Shown: piece after piece, positions 42,551-58,790 of the stretch
Layout: every line of letters starts with the position of its first letter
Numbering within the stretch: position 1 is the first letter of the stretch
DNA from: Octopus vulgaris
Lineage: Eukaryota
DNA length: 64,000 bases
Reading direction: 5' to 3'
Assembly (NCBI GenBank): GCA_951406725.2
Contig: OX597818.1
Location: 109,678,001-109,742,000 of the forward strand
The notes under the pieces: generated by a model
Databases searched by the model: none
The model's input: only the letters and a program-made list of their open reading frames with translations
What the model was told of the DNA's origin: nothing
Made by a program: the position numbers and the translations under genes

Positions 42551-42707
42551 CACTATCGTAGCAGTCGGAGGGCGGTTCGCCCCGAGCAGCGCTTTTGAAG
42601 GGGCACCACTTTCGGGTCAGCCGTAGGCAATATGAGTTTTTTGTGGGGTCCGGGGACGGCAGATGGAAGGGCCGCCCCAGGCGGCACACTCTCTAACTAC
42701 GCTAGTG
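42551..42707. mobile_element. hAT-like GC-rich MITE (157 bp)
   Basis: TIR CACTATCGTAG/CTACGCTAGTG; 8-bp TSD TGTCCTCT/TGTCCTAT. Confidence 0.65.
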
Positions 42708-44474
42708 TGTCCTATCCCGGAAGTTCTTTGTTTCTTATGTTCCAAATGCCAACAAATGGAAATAAAATATATAAACCCTCAAAAGATTTGTGGGTGTTGT
42801 GGTCTTCGAAACTATTTTTTATGAGGAAGATTTTGCAACTACACTGTCCACTAACATGATAAAAGATTTGGCAACTTAGGTCTGCTGGACAGTGTGACAT
42901 GGGTTTAGCCAGAACTTGTACGCGTACACACACGCAGACCCCGATTCACACAGATTCTGTTCCGTCCGGATGAAGGATATTGTCGATTTCAGATGGATTT
43001 GAACCCAGAACAGTGTGGATGTCAACTGTCCCACCCAAGCACCACCTAGCCATTCTTCTAAAATAATAACAATTTCTGACATAAAACATATTTGAAAACA
43101 CGAACATTTTTTCGATAGAATCAACGAAGGCCTTACCAAGTGGGCGTATTTTGTCTCTTCTCGAACAATGGAAGTTTATTTGCCCCAAACGGAAGAAGAC
43201 GTGGAACAGCAACGAAATATCTTTAAAAGAAAACGAAGAGACATGTTTGGTTATTGAACTGTAAACGAAATTATATTCTAAAAATTGTCTGAAGTATTCT
43301 ATCGATTAAAATAAAACATTTTCCTTTTGAAATATGACAACCGAGCGCTAACTTTCAATCGCGACACAGTGTAAGGGCAATAATTCAAGGTTTCTATATT
43401 CAAGATACTTTCCCTTGTTTGATGACTAAAATGAAAGCGGTTATAAATTTCAATTACAAAATAATGACCACAAGGTTTTTCCTACGTCAGTGTCTGCCAA
43501 ATTGGGTGCCAAATTGGGTGCCGCGAGAGATTCCTGGAGTGCCGCGAGAAATATTTTCGGGATTTTCGGGAAACAACGATCCAAGAACATTCGCAAAGCT
43601 TGGGCCTAAATATAAATTAATTATATAAATCGTAAAATATGGTAAATATAAATTACGTTACACGACGAACAGCACTTTTGCTACAATATATTACGTTTCT
43701 AGGGCGGCGAGCTGGCAGAAACGTTAGCACGCCGGGCGAAAAACTTAGCGGTATTTCGGCTGCCGTTACGTTCTGAGTTCAAATTCCGGCCTAGGTCGAC
43801 TTTGCCTTTCATCCTCTCGGGGTCAATAAATTAAGTACCATTTGCGTACTGGAGTCGATCTAATTGACTGGTTCCCTCCACCAAAATTTTAGGCCGTATG
43901 CCTAGAGTAGAAAAGAAACGTTAGCACGCCGGGCGAAATGCTAGCAGTATTTCGTCTGCCGCTACGTTCTGAGTTCAAATTACGCTGAGGTCGACTTTGT
44001 GCTTCATCCTTTCGGGGTCAATAAATTAAGTACTAGTTACGTACTGGGGTAGATTTAATCGACTGCCCACCCCCGCAATAATAAAAAAAAAATTCCGGCC
44101 TTGTGCCTAGAGTAGAAAAGTAAAAAATATTTTGGTTATACTTCTATAATATACAAACTATTTTAACACTTTTTTAAATACATTTCCTAATGAAATTTAA
44201 TTGTAAAAATATAACAGAATTTTTGAAATAACGAATGGCTATGGGGGTCCACTCGACTGGGTAGGCATCAAAGGGACCCATAGGTAAAAATGCTTGACAG
44301 AATCGGTGAATCCAAAGTCCTTTGTGACATTTGATTCCAACTCTTTATGTTCTGTAGTAAAGGTTGTTTGCCAACATTAAATGGCAGTCCTGGTTTAGGA
44401 CGAATGTTGCTGTAATTTAGCCCCAGGAGACATCGTCCCCAGCTGGCTATAAGACACGATCTGTGTCCTTATAT

Positions 44475-45233
44475 TTTCGAACAAGGGAATTTAGCACCCC
44501 CACTCAGCTCAAAATAATGTCCGTGTACCGCGATTTCCGAGTTATTTCTCTACATCTTTATGCTTCGGTTTCAACTCTATCCGTCATCCTTTCGAGATCA
44601 ACAAACTAAGTACCAGTAATACATTAGTATTGATGGTATTGACTAGTAGTCCCTCCAACCCAACTACCAAATTCCAGGCATTGCGCTTAAATTTCAAACA
44701 ATTATTGGGGCGGCGGATTGATAGAACAGTTAAAGAGTCATTGCGGCATTTTGTTTGAACCGTTTATATTTTGAGTTCAAATCTCAACCAAGCTTTTGAT
44801 TCCTCTGGAGTCGATAAAATAAAGTGTCAGTCAAGAACCAGGGTCGATCGACCAACATCCCTTCTAAACGTCACGCCTTGTACCTTAATTAAAAACAATT
44901 GTTATTATTCGGTCAAGTATCCAAGCCATGCAGGCATTGGTCAATGCAGCAACACGCTGCGATGGCGCATGTCCCCACATGTGATCTGATTGTCCTTTTA
45001 TCTTTTCGAACAAGGGAATTTAGCACCCCCACTCAGCTCAAAATAATGTCCGTGTACCGCGATTTCGAGGAATTATTTCTCAAATACATCTTTATTTAAA
45101 GCTTCGGTTTCAACTCTATCCGTCATCCTTTCTGAGATCAACAAACCAAGTACCAGTAATACATTAGTATTGATGGTATTGACTAGTAGTCCCTCCAACC
45201 CCAACCACCAAATTCCAGGCATTGCGCTTAAAT
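44475..45233. repeat. Direct duplication of ~225 bp (44475-44695 and 45004-45233)
   Basis: TTTCGAACAAGGGAATTTAGCACCCCC..CCAGGCATTGCGCTTAAATT occurs twice. Confidence 0.85.
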
Positions 45234-47125
45234 TCACTTGCAAATTCACTTGCAAGGCTTTGGTCGACCTGAAGCTATAGTAGAAGACACTTGCTCAAGG
45301 TGTTACACAGTGGGACTAAACCCAGAACCATGTGATTGGGAAGCAGGCTTCTTACCACACAGCCACGCCAGCGATTATTATTGTAAAAAAAACAAACAAA
45401 AAAAAACATCAGCTCACGTGACACGAAAAGTTAATTTGCTGTTATTTTGTTCTTTTCAAGTTTTCTATTTAAATTGTATAAACTTGTCACGATTGTTTGT
45501 CGAAGGTGACCTGGTAACTATTGAGACAATTCTCCTAATTTTTGTGAGCGCGGAGCAGTCTGTTATGACCATTCCATGAATGATTTTCTTTGCATTATTT
45601 TGACTGAAATGGCGAAAACGTAATTAAAGAAAAAAAAAAAATGGGTTAGAAGAGAAAAATCTATAATTGTTTTGCTTCCCATCTCGTCCGTGAATATCTA
45701 TCAGTAATGGATGTGGCCTGGTAACCGCAGACGACAGCTCTAAGCAGACATTAACTGAGTCTCTTTCAACCTACACAATGGAATGTGTGATAAACAAAAT
45801 AGGAATTTCGAAAGAAGTATCTATAAAACTAGTTTTTAAACATCGAATAGCCAGCTGGAGTGGCTGGATTCCATCAGAATAAAGTTGTAATCAAAGGAAG
45901 CTATAGATAAAAAAAAATGGTTGAGAACCAGTGCTTAATATGAATGCTGGAGCAGAATCGTTAGAGGGACGGAAAAAATTCGTTTGTTTCGTCTCTTATG
46001 TCCTGAGTTCGAATTTTGCAGAGGTCAGCTTTGTTTTTTATCCTCTCGGGGATCCGCAAAATAAAGTACCAGTTAAATACTGATTGATGGTATGGGACAG
46101 CATTTCCTCTTAAAACTGTTGTCCTTGTGTCTAACTGAGAAACCATTGTCATTATTGTCCATTACCGACTAGCCCCTCCCTTCAAAACTTATGCCTAAAT
46201 TAAAAACAATTGTCTCCAGGGCAGCGCGTTGGCAGAAACGTTAACGCATCAGACGAAATACCTTCTGTCTCTTTTATTTTTTTGTGCTCAATCCAACCAA
46301 AGTGAATTTTGCCTTTCCTCCTCCCTCGGTCAATGAAATAAGGTACCAGTCTTTGAGCCTGAATCACAAGAAATAATTATTACAAGGGATAGAAAAAAAA
46401 GACAAAATATTCTAGCAGCATTTCTTTATTCTTCTTTCTGAAGTTTAGATGCACCTTTCTGCAAAAACCGTCCAAGGGCCATAATGGACGTTGTTATTGA
46501 TGGATAGTTCAAATACTGCTGATGTCGACTTTACTGTTAATCCTTTCGAGGTCCTTAAATAAAGTACCAATGGATCACTGAGGTCGATGTAATAGACAAA
46601 CCCATTGCTCAAAACTGTTGACCTTGTGGCAAAATGAGAAAAGATTATTAAAGGATAAAGTGCAATTGGTAGAAGTATTAGCGTTCCAGGCAAAAATTCC
46701 TCTTTGGACACAGTTTCCAGTCTTTGAAATTGGATTTCGAATTCTGTGGGAGAAACTTTGCTTCGTGTTCTTTTGAAATCGACCAAAGAATTACTTGTCA
46801 CGCACAGGAACAGATCTAAACGATTTTTCTTCCCCATAATTGGTGGATTTCTTTCTATCTATGATAATTACCGTTTTTATTCATTATAGGGCCACGAAGG
46901 GAACAGATGTAATAACGAAAGAAATTTCAATCCTACATACGCAGGATAACTTATAAAAGGTAAAAAATATGACACTCCCCCACACAAACACCAAAAAATA
47001 AAATCAACTTTCCATGAAACAAGTATAACTTATAGAGATAGAGATGGATAGAGAGATATAGATAGAGAGATATGGAGAGAAAAAGATAGAGAGAGATAGA
47101 TAGATAAAGAAATATAAATAGAGAG

Positions 47126-47158
<33 letters not shown>

Positions 47159-48073
47159 ATAAATATATAAATCTTTTATAAACTAAAGAAAACAACGGAC
47201 GAAAGAAAAATGGCCTTATATTATAATATAAGGCCTTTTCGATTTCCCCTGTTGTAAGAGAAAAAGACGTGTAAAAACTCTTTAAAAATATTAGAAAAAT
47301 AGCTTCAAACAAGAATTGAACTTCGTGTGTTCGAAGATAAGACTGGGCAAATCACAAGAGCAAAAACCAATGACTTTGAAAAATGTTATGATGATGTTAA
47401 TGATTTCTTTTAAAATTATTTGCATCGTAATTAATTCTCTTTTGAAATATAAAATAGTGGCCTAGATTATTCGAACTCAGGATAAATTAATTGATTACAC
47501 TTCCGCCGATTAAAATTATTTACCTTTGATTGGTCAGAGTTACCATTCCATTGATGAAATAATCCAGGAGTCATATCTCAACCGGAAACACAGTATTTGT
47601 CAAATGATCCCTAGAATATTATCAGATATAGTATCGCTATCCCGGATACTAAAGAGATCAATACAATGGTTATTAAATAACAACAAACCATTTGATTCGT
47701 TCGTTCCACCATCTGCAGGTGTGGTATTATTTACCAAGTAACTACATGCGATTCAGATTCCTGAATTTGATATCGGGACTGGTGACCTTTAAACCTAAAC
47801 AGGAATTGACTGCCAGCTGGATGTTATCACTATGGGGATGGCTATAGGAAGCATCAGCGTACTCTCTAAGAATATTCCTGTGTTGCAGAGAGCAAACAGG
47901 GTTTGGCTGAGTGGCTGGGATGTAATTTCAGATGTCCATGAAATGTTCAGAAGTTGGACTGATTAAAGCTAATTAAACATTAATTTCGAAAAATGCTCTG
48001 CTAGCCCCAGTTATTTAAGATTGGTAGATACATGAATATTTGAATAAATCAATAAATATATACATGAATACAT

Positions 48074-48108
<35 letters not shown>

Positions 48109-48211
48109 TACATGTGTGTGTATAGAGAATACTGAATAAATATCTAGCGAGTAACTTGGTTAGATAAATAGATATGTGGATTGATAAATGGAGAGCTAGA
48201 AAGATAAACAG

Positions 48212-48278
<67 letters not shown>

Positions 48279-48381
48279 GAATTTACAAAAACGAAACAAA
48301 ATAAAAGACGAAGGCGCGGTGTGTAAACAACAAACAGACGTATGAGTTTAACGCGCGGGAAATAAGAAAGTCTTTTACATT

Positions 48382-48451
<70 letters not shown>

Positions 48452-48559
48452 TGGAAAAAGAGTATAAATACCAGTGTATGTATAAATATATTTCTATACA
48501 TATATATATATATAAAATATATTTCACGAACGGACATACATACACACATACATACATAC

Positions 48560-48620
<61 letters not shown>

Positions 48621-48737
48621 AGACATATATGATAGACATGAAACGAAATCATGAATAAAAAAGAAAATATATTTTAAAACATATAACTAGATGACAAAAA
48701 GTAGAAAAATGAATAAACAATATATAATAAGTAAAAA

Positions 48738-48839
48738 GACTACGTACGTTTCATGGCTATAATTTAAATTCGAATTACAATTAAATTTAAATTTAATCGA
48801 AAAACAATTCAATTTAAAAGTATAGTCACTCCTCAGGTC
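48738..48839 (-). ncRNA. Minimal type I hammerhead ribozyme with long stem II
   Basis: Minus strand GAC CTGAGGA GTGACTATA..TATAGCCAT GAAA CGTACG TA GTC. Confidence 0.65.
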
Positions 48840-49003
48840 AACAGTAATAACAATAATAGTTAAATAAATAATAAAATAGAATTAAACAATATTTCTTAAA
48901 GAAATACAATCATGATTGTTTATATATTTATATTTATATTGAGAAATTTTATTTAATACTAAATTGAAATTTTCTCTGTAAGTTTAGATTATACTTAAAA
49001 TTA

Positions 49004-49144
<141 letters not shown>

Positions 49145-49188
49145 GAGACGTCTCGTGTATAATTCTGCAAATTATACTTGCAAAGACG

Positions 49189-49260
49189 ATCACACTGATG
49201 AGTTGCGGATGATTACGTAAATGATTACGTAAGCGTTAACAACGAAATCTGGTTTGTGAT
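49189..49260 (+). ncRNA. Minimal type I hammerhead ribozyme
   Basis: ATCACA CTGATGA GTTG..CAAC GAAA TCTGGT T TGTGAT. Confidence 0.6.
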
Positions 49261-49456
49261 TAATCTATATTTTGTATCTTTTCATTTGTCTTACTCGCTT
49301 ACGTTCTGGCGTTTGTTGAATTTTCTTGAGAACATTTCTTTCTTAGTGGTAAGACCATAGCGGATCTTCTTCTAGTATAATGGATGTCCTCTTACAGGTC
49401 ATCATATTGTAAATGTGTATATAGAGCAAGAAAGTATGCTGGATATAAATGGGTTA

Positions 49457-50117
49457 TGTAAAAGATTATAACGGCCGTATTTTTCAACCGATTTTCTCCA
49501 AACTGGGAACATACATTACTTATGGTCCAGGGATGGTTTTAGAATCTTAAAATTTTTCACATAATGTGTAACGGCTCCCCTGGGGACAGAAAACACCTCT
49601 TTGCGAAGCAACTTTCAGAAATTGACAAATAAATAGATAGATAGATAGATAGATAAGATATAGATAGATAGATAGATAGATAGATACAGAGAGATAGATA
49701 GATATAGAGATAGAGATGGATAGAGAGATATAGATAGAGAGATATGGAGAGAAAAAGATAGATAGAGAGAGATAGATAAAGAAATATAAATAGAGAGCTA
49801 TAGACGTCACTGACGCTAGGAACTCGGAAGTAGATATTTAAAAACTTTCAAAGACGTGAGTCTAATATAAAAAGCAATATTTAAATTTTTATGACCAATT
49901 CATGTAAGGGATACAATCAATTTCTGAAAGTTACTTCGCAGAGTGTTACCGCCCTTCTCCACGTAGTCTAGGAACGGGTATTTTCTGCCACCAGGGGACC
50001 CGTTGCCAATTATTTAAAATATTTTAAGATTCTAAAACCATCCCTGGAACATAAGTAATGTATGTTCCCAGTTTGGAGAAAATCAGTTGAAAAATACGGC
50101 CGTTATAATCTTTTACA
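49457..50117. repeat. 97-bp inverted repeat pair (Helitron/Helentron- or MITE-derived)
   Basis: 49457-49553 versus 50021-50117, two mismatches. Confidence 0.85.
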
Positions 50118-51110
50118 GACACACACAGAAACTGCACACACGCGCACACACACACACACACTCAGAACGGGATTGTTTCGTCTTGTTCTCGCGATTCATC
50201 TTACCGTTTTTCATCATAAGAACATTTTTATTTCGCATTGCATTTTCCCCTTTATCAACTCCGTCTATTGTTTCTTCTTGCCTTCGTTCGTTTTTGGTGC
50301 GTGATAGGTAATACTTTCGCTATTCTAATAAGTTGTTGGTTCAGTTGAAATTATTTTTATGCTGAAATTGTTATGAAATTCAATTGTCAACTGACGAAGG
50401 GACCAGACTTGAGCACGTTCGAGTGTACTGTCCTTTCGCTTTTCCTATGATTTTCTTTGCGCTCATTTTTTCATACATACAGACTCACACATACACATAC
50501 AAATACACACATACACAAACGGACACATATAAACAGACACACACAAATACTCTGGCATATAAAATATTGAAAGCTTAGAAGGCAAAATAAAAAAATAGGA
50601 ATGAATCATGTAAACAGATATTGCCTTACTAAGACATTTAATATTGAATGACAATATAGATATTATTATGTTGTATCATTGTTCTCTATAACAAATTCTC
50701 AGTTTTAATAAAACCGTAGCAAGCCAGTGACAATTAGGAGTTTATTGCAATGCTGATCTTCATAGTTTCTCGGTGAATAACAAAGTTAATCTGTTTAATA
50801 TGCATTGATGTTTTAGGAGAGAAATCGTAGCCACGTCCATTCTCAAAATAATTCCATCTCTGTTATGTATATTATATATATGCCTATCTTTAGATGTATG
50901 CATATCTGTATGTAATATATATATAATGTATAATATATATATGCATTTGTGCATGGGTGTATATGAATGGAACGTCTATAGTTATATAGACACGAACACA
51001 TACGAATACATACTTATATGCGTGTGCTTACGTATATATATATATATATACATTAAACTTTTTAGTTATGTGTGTGCGTACATATACGTATGTGTGTGTG
51101 GGGGGGAGTG

Positions 51111-51150
<40 letters not shown>

Positions 51151-51269
51151 GAGAGACACTCGCCCACACACACACGCACACACATTCCCCCCATACACAA
51201 GCATATACACATATATATATACACACACACACACACACATACACACACACACAACACACACACAACACA

Positions 51270-51326
<57 letters not shown>

Positions 51327-51331
51327 TTTAA

Positions 51332-52505
51332 TCCTATTATTTTAAAAAATGGTTCCCAGAATATAGATGTTTTGATGTATGTATGATGCATTTCTGCAAT
51401 TTGAATTTAGTTGAATATAATGCAAGAATTGAATATTTTTCAGCTACAATATCGTAATGGAAGTTGTCACACCAGCAATGCGGTCTTAGGATAGTAACTG
51501 TGCAAGTTTAAACATAACGAATAAATCTATGTTTTGTTTTATTTTTCGTACGATTGGCAAAACCATGACACCAAATATTTGCTGAGTCTTGGAGTAGTGA
51601 ATCTTACTGGAGTGTTTTTATATTTTCTTCCCATTTCTTCAACATTTTACATATTTGTAACGCTTCGCCCTCGTTTACCTTCAGTCGCCGTCTTCATCCA
51701 TGCGGTCGCAATCAAGCTGCTCACTCCATCAAAATCTCCTTCGGTGACATCGTTATAATTGGAGGTGTTCCTTTGGCTGACGTCAATATATTAGCTTGTA
51801 AAGCCCAACCTATGTATGTGTTGTCTAGACGAGGAAAACACGGTATCCAGTTGTCTACGTAGAGAATCTTAGAAACCTCCTTGTCAGTGCAGGAGCATAG
51901 ACACTATAAACATTCCGATTCCATTCAGAGTTCACCTTGAACGGTATCGTATATAGGAACAAGAAGTGAGACAAGCTTTCTGATAAGAGTGTTCATGATG
52001 TACATGATAAAACAGATGGAATCCAATTTCGAAATACGTAAGAACATGGTAAAAGGCATTTGGTGGTATGCAAAATGATTATTCAAATTAATTCAAGGGT
52101 GGAGTGATAATTTTTTAAAAAAGGAGTAATAATCTACAATATAAATTGGACATGGGCGATCGTTGTATTCTTTCTTATCTTGAGGTTCACAGCCAAACGG
52201 CTGAGTGGATTCACACATGTGGAGACACGGGCATACATTGGAATGCAGTTTGTATTTTTTCCTAGCCCCCATACTTACCGAGAAAATCGATGAAATCATT
52301 TTCTAATGGAATTCCCCTCTTTCTTCTGCCATTAAAACAACCAGTTGCTTAGAAGCTGTTTTCTGACGGGGTGGGGGTCAGGAAATTTTCATACAGCTGG
52401 AGGCTCCAATCGAAACAGGGGACCCGAAATGATAAGGTTGAGAAACGCTCTTATAACCGAAAATGAACACAGCCACGTTCGGGTGAAACCGGGCTTAGCT
52501 GCTAG
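51332..52505 (+). mobile_element. Non-autonomous Helitron-like element
   Basis: A|TCCTATTATTTTAA 5' end; GTTCGGG..CCGGGC hairpin then CTAG|T at 52502-52505. Confidence 0.55.
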
Positions 52506-52865
52506 TATAATATAATAAATATGCGTATAACATATACACTGATCAATGAAAGCCTATAAAATGTAAAGCGGTAAAAAGATTAAAAAAAATTCTTATAAAA
52601 AAATTCGAAAGCGGTAGCCATAAGGAAACAAATCAACTTTAAAATTACAAAATATACGAAAATACATCCATCGTATCCGAAGTCAGAAATTTCGAAGAAT
52701 GCCTATAACAAGCAGTTCAATAGTTCAGATGTATGTATGTATGTATGTATGTATGTATGTATGTATGTATGTATGTATGTATGTATGTATGTATGTATGT
52801 ATGTATGTATGTATGTATGTGTGCATATACGTGTACACGTGTATATACGCGTATATGGTATATCT

Positions 52866-52925
<60 letters not shown>

Positions 52926-54024
52926 TGTGTGTTATTTTACCAGTCTTAATAAAAACTGATATAACAAATATTTCCTTGTGATCACCCACCCCACCATTTC
53001 TTCCTGACGGGTGACATGGCATTAATTCCCTTAATTGATGTAGACCTTTCACTAAAATCCTATTTTCGTGTGGTTAATTATCTGCATCGCAGAGTTTATC
53101 GTGTGGTTAATTATCTGCATCGCAGAGTTTATTAATAATAACACATTATTGCTCTTTAATGGTAAACCTCGTTCCAAAGTCTTTATGTTGCTAATTCTTT
53201 CTGAAGGAAGCAAAAATGCGGGGAGCACCATGCAGCAGGATTATCAAACAGTTTAGATTAGTATTAACATGCTTTATTATGATTAATGATTATCGATAAT
53301 ACATATGCCTTTATATACATAGAAAAACTAATTACAGACACAGTGTAAGACTAAAACTTTTCAAACATCTATATCCGCGACCCTTTAAAGATTTTATATC
53401 CGTGATCTTTAAAAAATAAATTATAACCATTAATCTGTTACAGAAAATTCAATCTCCTTGTACTCAACGACCTTTACCATATTCTCTGTTTTCTTTTCTT
53501 CTCTTTAATTTCGCCACTTTATTGTGTCTTATTCGCTTTCATTTCATTCCATTTCTTTTCATTCCTCCCTCCCTGCCCCTCCTACGAACAACGTTACCGT
53601 TCCATCTCACTAAAGTTGAAAGGGATGAAATCTTAATTCAAAGGTTAAAAGCAAGAAATCGATATTTTTGGATTGTTTATTGGTTTAATACTCTTGTAAT
53701 TTTTCCCCAGCAAGTTTAGAAAAGTCCAAATTCATATTGTAACTTCAAAAATGATGTTTTAGAAATTATGAAGTCTCGAATTTGATTAAAATTTCTTCAA
53801 ATTAACATCCAACGGTCTCAATTTTCATTTTTTTAATGATAATCTCATAGCAAAACTTCGGATCATTATGTATAATATATATTATTTCTACTAAAGGCAC
53901 AAGGCCTTGAAAATTTTGGGGGAACGGGCCTAGTCGATTATATCGACTCCAGTACGCAACTTGTACTTATTCCATCGACCTCGAAAGGATAGAAAGGCAA
54001 AGTCGACCTCAACGAATATGTATA

Positions 54025-54087
<63 letters not shown>

Positions 54088-56169
54088 TATTGGTTTTACA
54101 TTTTGGCACAGGGTCAACAATTTTGGGATGGAGGTAAGTGGACACCAGTGCATAACTGGTATTTATTTTCTAGACCCTGAAAGGATGAAAGGTAAAGTCA
54201 ACCTCAGCGGAATTTGAACTCGGAACATAAAGTGAGAAGGAATGCCGCCAAGCATTTTGCCCATCGAGTAAACGGTTCTGCCAGCTCTCGTCGCCTTATA
54301 ATAAATGTTAAAGAGACATCCTCTGAGGTCGACTTTGCCTTTCATCCTTTCGTGGGCGATAAAATAAGTGCCAGTTGAGCACTGGGGTCGATCTAATCGA
54401 CTTCCCCTCCCCCTCAAAACTGCTGGCCTTGTGCTAAAATTTGAACCCAATATTCTTTTCTACTCTAGGCACAAGGCTCGAAATCTTTGGGGAGGGGTTC
54501 TGTCGATTAGATCGACCCCAGTACGCAACTGGTACTTAATTTATCGAACCCTAAAGGATGAAAGGTAAGTCGACCTCGGCGGAATTAGAACTCAGAACGT
54601 AAAGCAGACGAAATATCGCTAACGTTTCTGCCAGCTCGCCGCCTTAATTTGAACCCAGTATGAAAGAGACTTTATTCGTGATTGAGAAACCGTCAGCTAG
54701 GAAGTATGTCATTGTAAATTATAAATTTGACAATTAGAAATATCAAACAGAACCCTATTAAAATTTATTGCAAATTAAATTGTGTTTATTTGATGAATTA
54801 ATAGGCTATTTGGAGCTGTTAGAAAATATGGATAACCTAAACATGTTCCAAATATTTTCCATGCTTAGAATTCAGAAAAAAAAAATGATATTTTTATTAG
54901 TCAGATTTGAAACCAAATGTTTTGATGAATCGCAGTCCAATCATTTGTAGAATCGCATTATTCTTTGAAATATTCACAATATATTAGCACTTAGTCTATG
55001 TTATAATGAGATTAATTCCGGTGCTAAAAGAAGGAAATGCAGTCCACAAGGAACTTAGATCTCGAATGAATATAATAAAACAAACAGTAAAAAAAAAAGT
55101 AGGTAAACGGACAGATGTAATAATTCGTGGATATTGTTCACATTATACGGATAAGTAATAAAATGGCAGATTTCTCTATAAAATGATGTATTCACTCCGC
55201 AACTAATTCATAAATACGTAGACAGCTGATCACTGAATTAGTTATTAGAACACAAATTGGCTCGCTATTAATAATGATTTCAATTACAAGTTCTTATCAT
55301 GAACGATAAAGCTGATGTTATAATATTTCTGTATAAGTAGATGAGGAGAAAGTTGTGAAAATATCAACCAGATTGCTGGCGCGATTACTATAAGCTTCCT
55401 ACTTGATTGGATATGAGGTGGAATGGCAAAATGTTATTTTGTATTATTTATTAGACACGGCAGCGAAGAAAATTAAATTCTTTGACATATCCAGAAATGT
55501 CTCCAATGAATTTCCATGAATATCGTTATTAACTATTTTCTTTTCTTTTTAATATTTTAATGTTTCTCTTGAACTATTAGAAATCATGGCTGAGATGTTC
55601 TGACAAAGAAATTCCCGGAAAACACGAGACCGGCTGACCTTTGGTATGAATGCTGACAATATAGCGGGCTCCTGCGCCACTCGTTATCTCACACATCGTA
55701 TTTAGTTATGAAAATAGGGTTGGGTTCCATAGGGAATGCAATAAAAATTATAAAAACAAGAAGACACCATGATAATAGAATAAGTTCAGAAATCTTATTC
55801 AGCTGTCATATTTCTCTTCTTGTTCATTAACGACGAAAAGGCAACGAAATGAACGCAGCGCTTTCCTTATTTTGTTTCCCTTGTATGCCATTTGATAAAG
55901 AAAACGATGAGGTCACGTTTGTTGTTGCGTCTGAGTTTAGGATGATGTAGTCTAAACTCAGGTGTAACAACACACATAACCTGATCGCTCTATGCAACTG
56001 TGTGGTAAAAAAGGTTGCATCCTAACCGCATGGTTCCGGGTTCAGACCCACTACTGTGTGGCTCCTCGGACAAATGGCTTCTAGTACAGCCTCGGGCCGA
56101 CCAAAGCCTTATTAGTGGATATGGTAGACGGAAACTGAAAGAAGCCCATCGTGTATAAATATATATAAT

Positions 56170-57485
<1,316 letters not shown>

Positions 57486-58069
57486 TACTGATGCAAATAA
57501 ACAAATAAAACCGCTTAGGTTAGATATCTAAAATATACAGACAAAGATACATGTAAGAAGCCAAAGACTGAAAATATTCTGACGATGAACATTTCTGTAT
57601 AAATATAAAGATCTTTCTATATTGACAGGAGATCATAACAATATTAAGTAAACAAACATGGGAAGAGGCGGAGAAAAAAACAGGAAATTTTTGCAAAAAT
57701 TTAGAGTAAAAAAATCAGGGTAGTTCTCCCTTTGCAGTTAAAAGCAACAACAATATTTATGAAGATGATGATAAAGATGGGCTACAGCAAATATTCTGCT
57801 CAATACCACAGATTTGCTTGTCAGTTGTTTGACCATAACCAGTTGAGCATGTCCCTTAGTGGCTGATGATATGTGCATCTCTGATCACGAGCAGTAGTTG
57901 GGATGGATCATAGCCCTATGTTGAGAGGAATTCTTTGGGATTTTGACAATTTGCCTCTTGAAGCATGGGTGTTTTGTTCAACATCCTTAAACAACCTTTA
58001 TTCAGGGACCTTTTGAGCGGAATGGGCTACTTGACCAGAAAAAAATTCTAACTGGGCCTCACCTGGAGG

Positions 58070-58790
58070 AGATGCAGAGGTACTAAAGACCAATTATTGA
58101 CAGACAAAATGGTGACGCAAGATTGTAAACGAAGGAGAACAAATTTGGGATTGGCCTGGATTGACTATCGTAAAGTTTATGATATGATTCCACATTCGTG
58201 GATCATCGAGTGCTTAGATTTGTTAGGAACTGTGAGGAATGTAACGTGTTTTCTGAAGAGAAGTATAGTGGGGTGGAGAACTGAGTTGACATCCTACGGA
58301 AAAAGCTTGGGCCACTCGAGCATCAGAAGAGGGATTTTCCAAGGCTTATCTCCGTTGCTTTTTGTTCTCTACATGATGCTTCTGACCTTGGTTCATAGGA
58401 AAATGTACCTGGGATGTCAGCTAAAGGGGAAATCTCAAAAACAATCAATCACCTCCTCTTCATGTATGATTGGAAGCTGTGTGGCAAGGATGAGGCACAG
58501 GTGAGATCTTTGGGGAACACGGTCCACTGTTTTCGTGCTGATATTAGAATGGAATCTGGACTCAAGAAGTGTGGTATAATGTATATGGAAAAGAGGCAAG
58601 TTCAACGAAATCATGGAGAAGGAAATGAAAAAACAACTGAGGAAGGAATATTTCCGAAGACTAAGATTGGTGTGCGTTCAAAATTGCCCGGATGGAATAA
58701 AACCCAAGCAGTTAACACATAGGCATTAGCATGACTTCGGTATGGAGCTGGAATCATGAAGTGGCAAAAGAAAGAACTGACATTGAACAT
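58070..58790 (+). mobile_element. R4/Dong-like RT remnant
   Basis: [61 protein letters not shown]. Confidence 0.8.

Noticed and set aside
50385-50440. CTGACGA followed by a stem-loop, hammerhead-like
   Set aside because: No GAAA or stem I closure downstream; at best a decayed remnant
53066-53131. 33-bp tandem duplication (a similar ~35-bp one lies at 22841-22910)
   Set aside because: Ordinary local duplication with no functional signature
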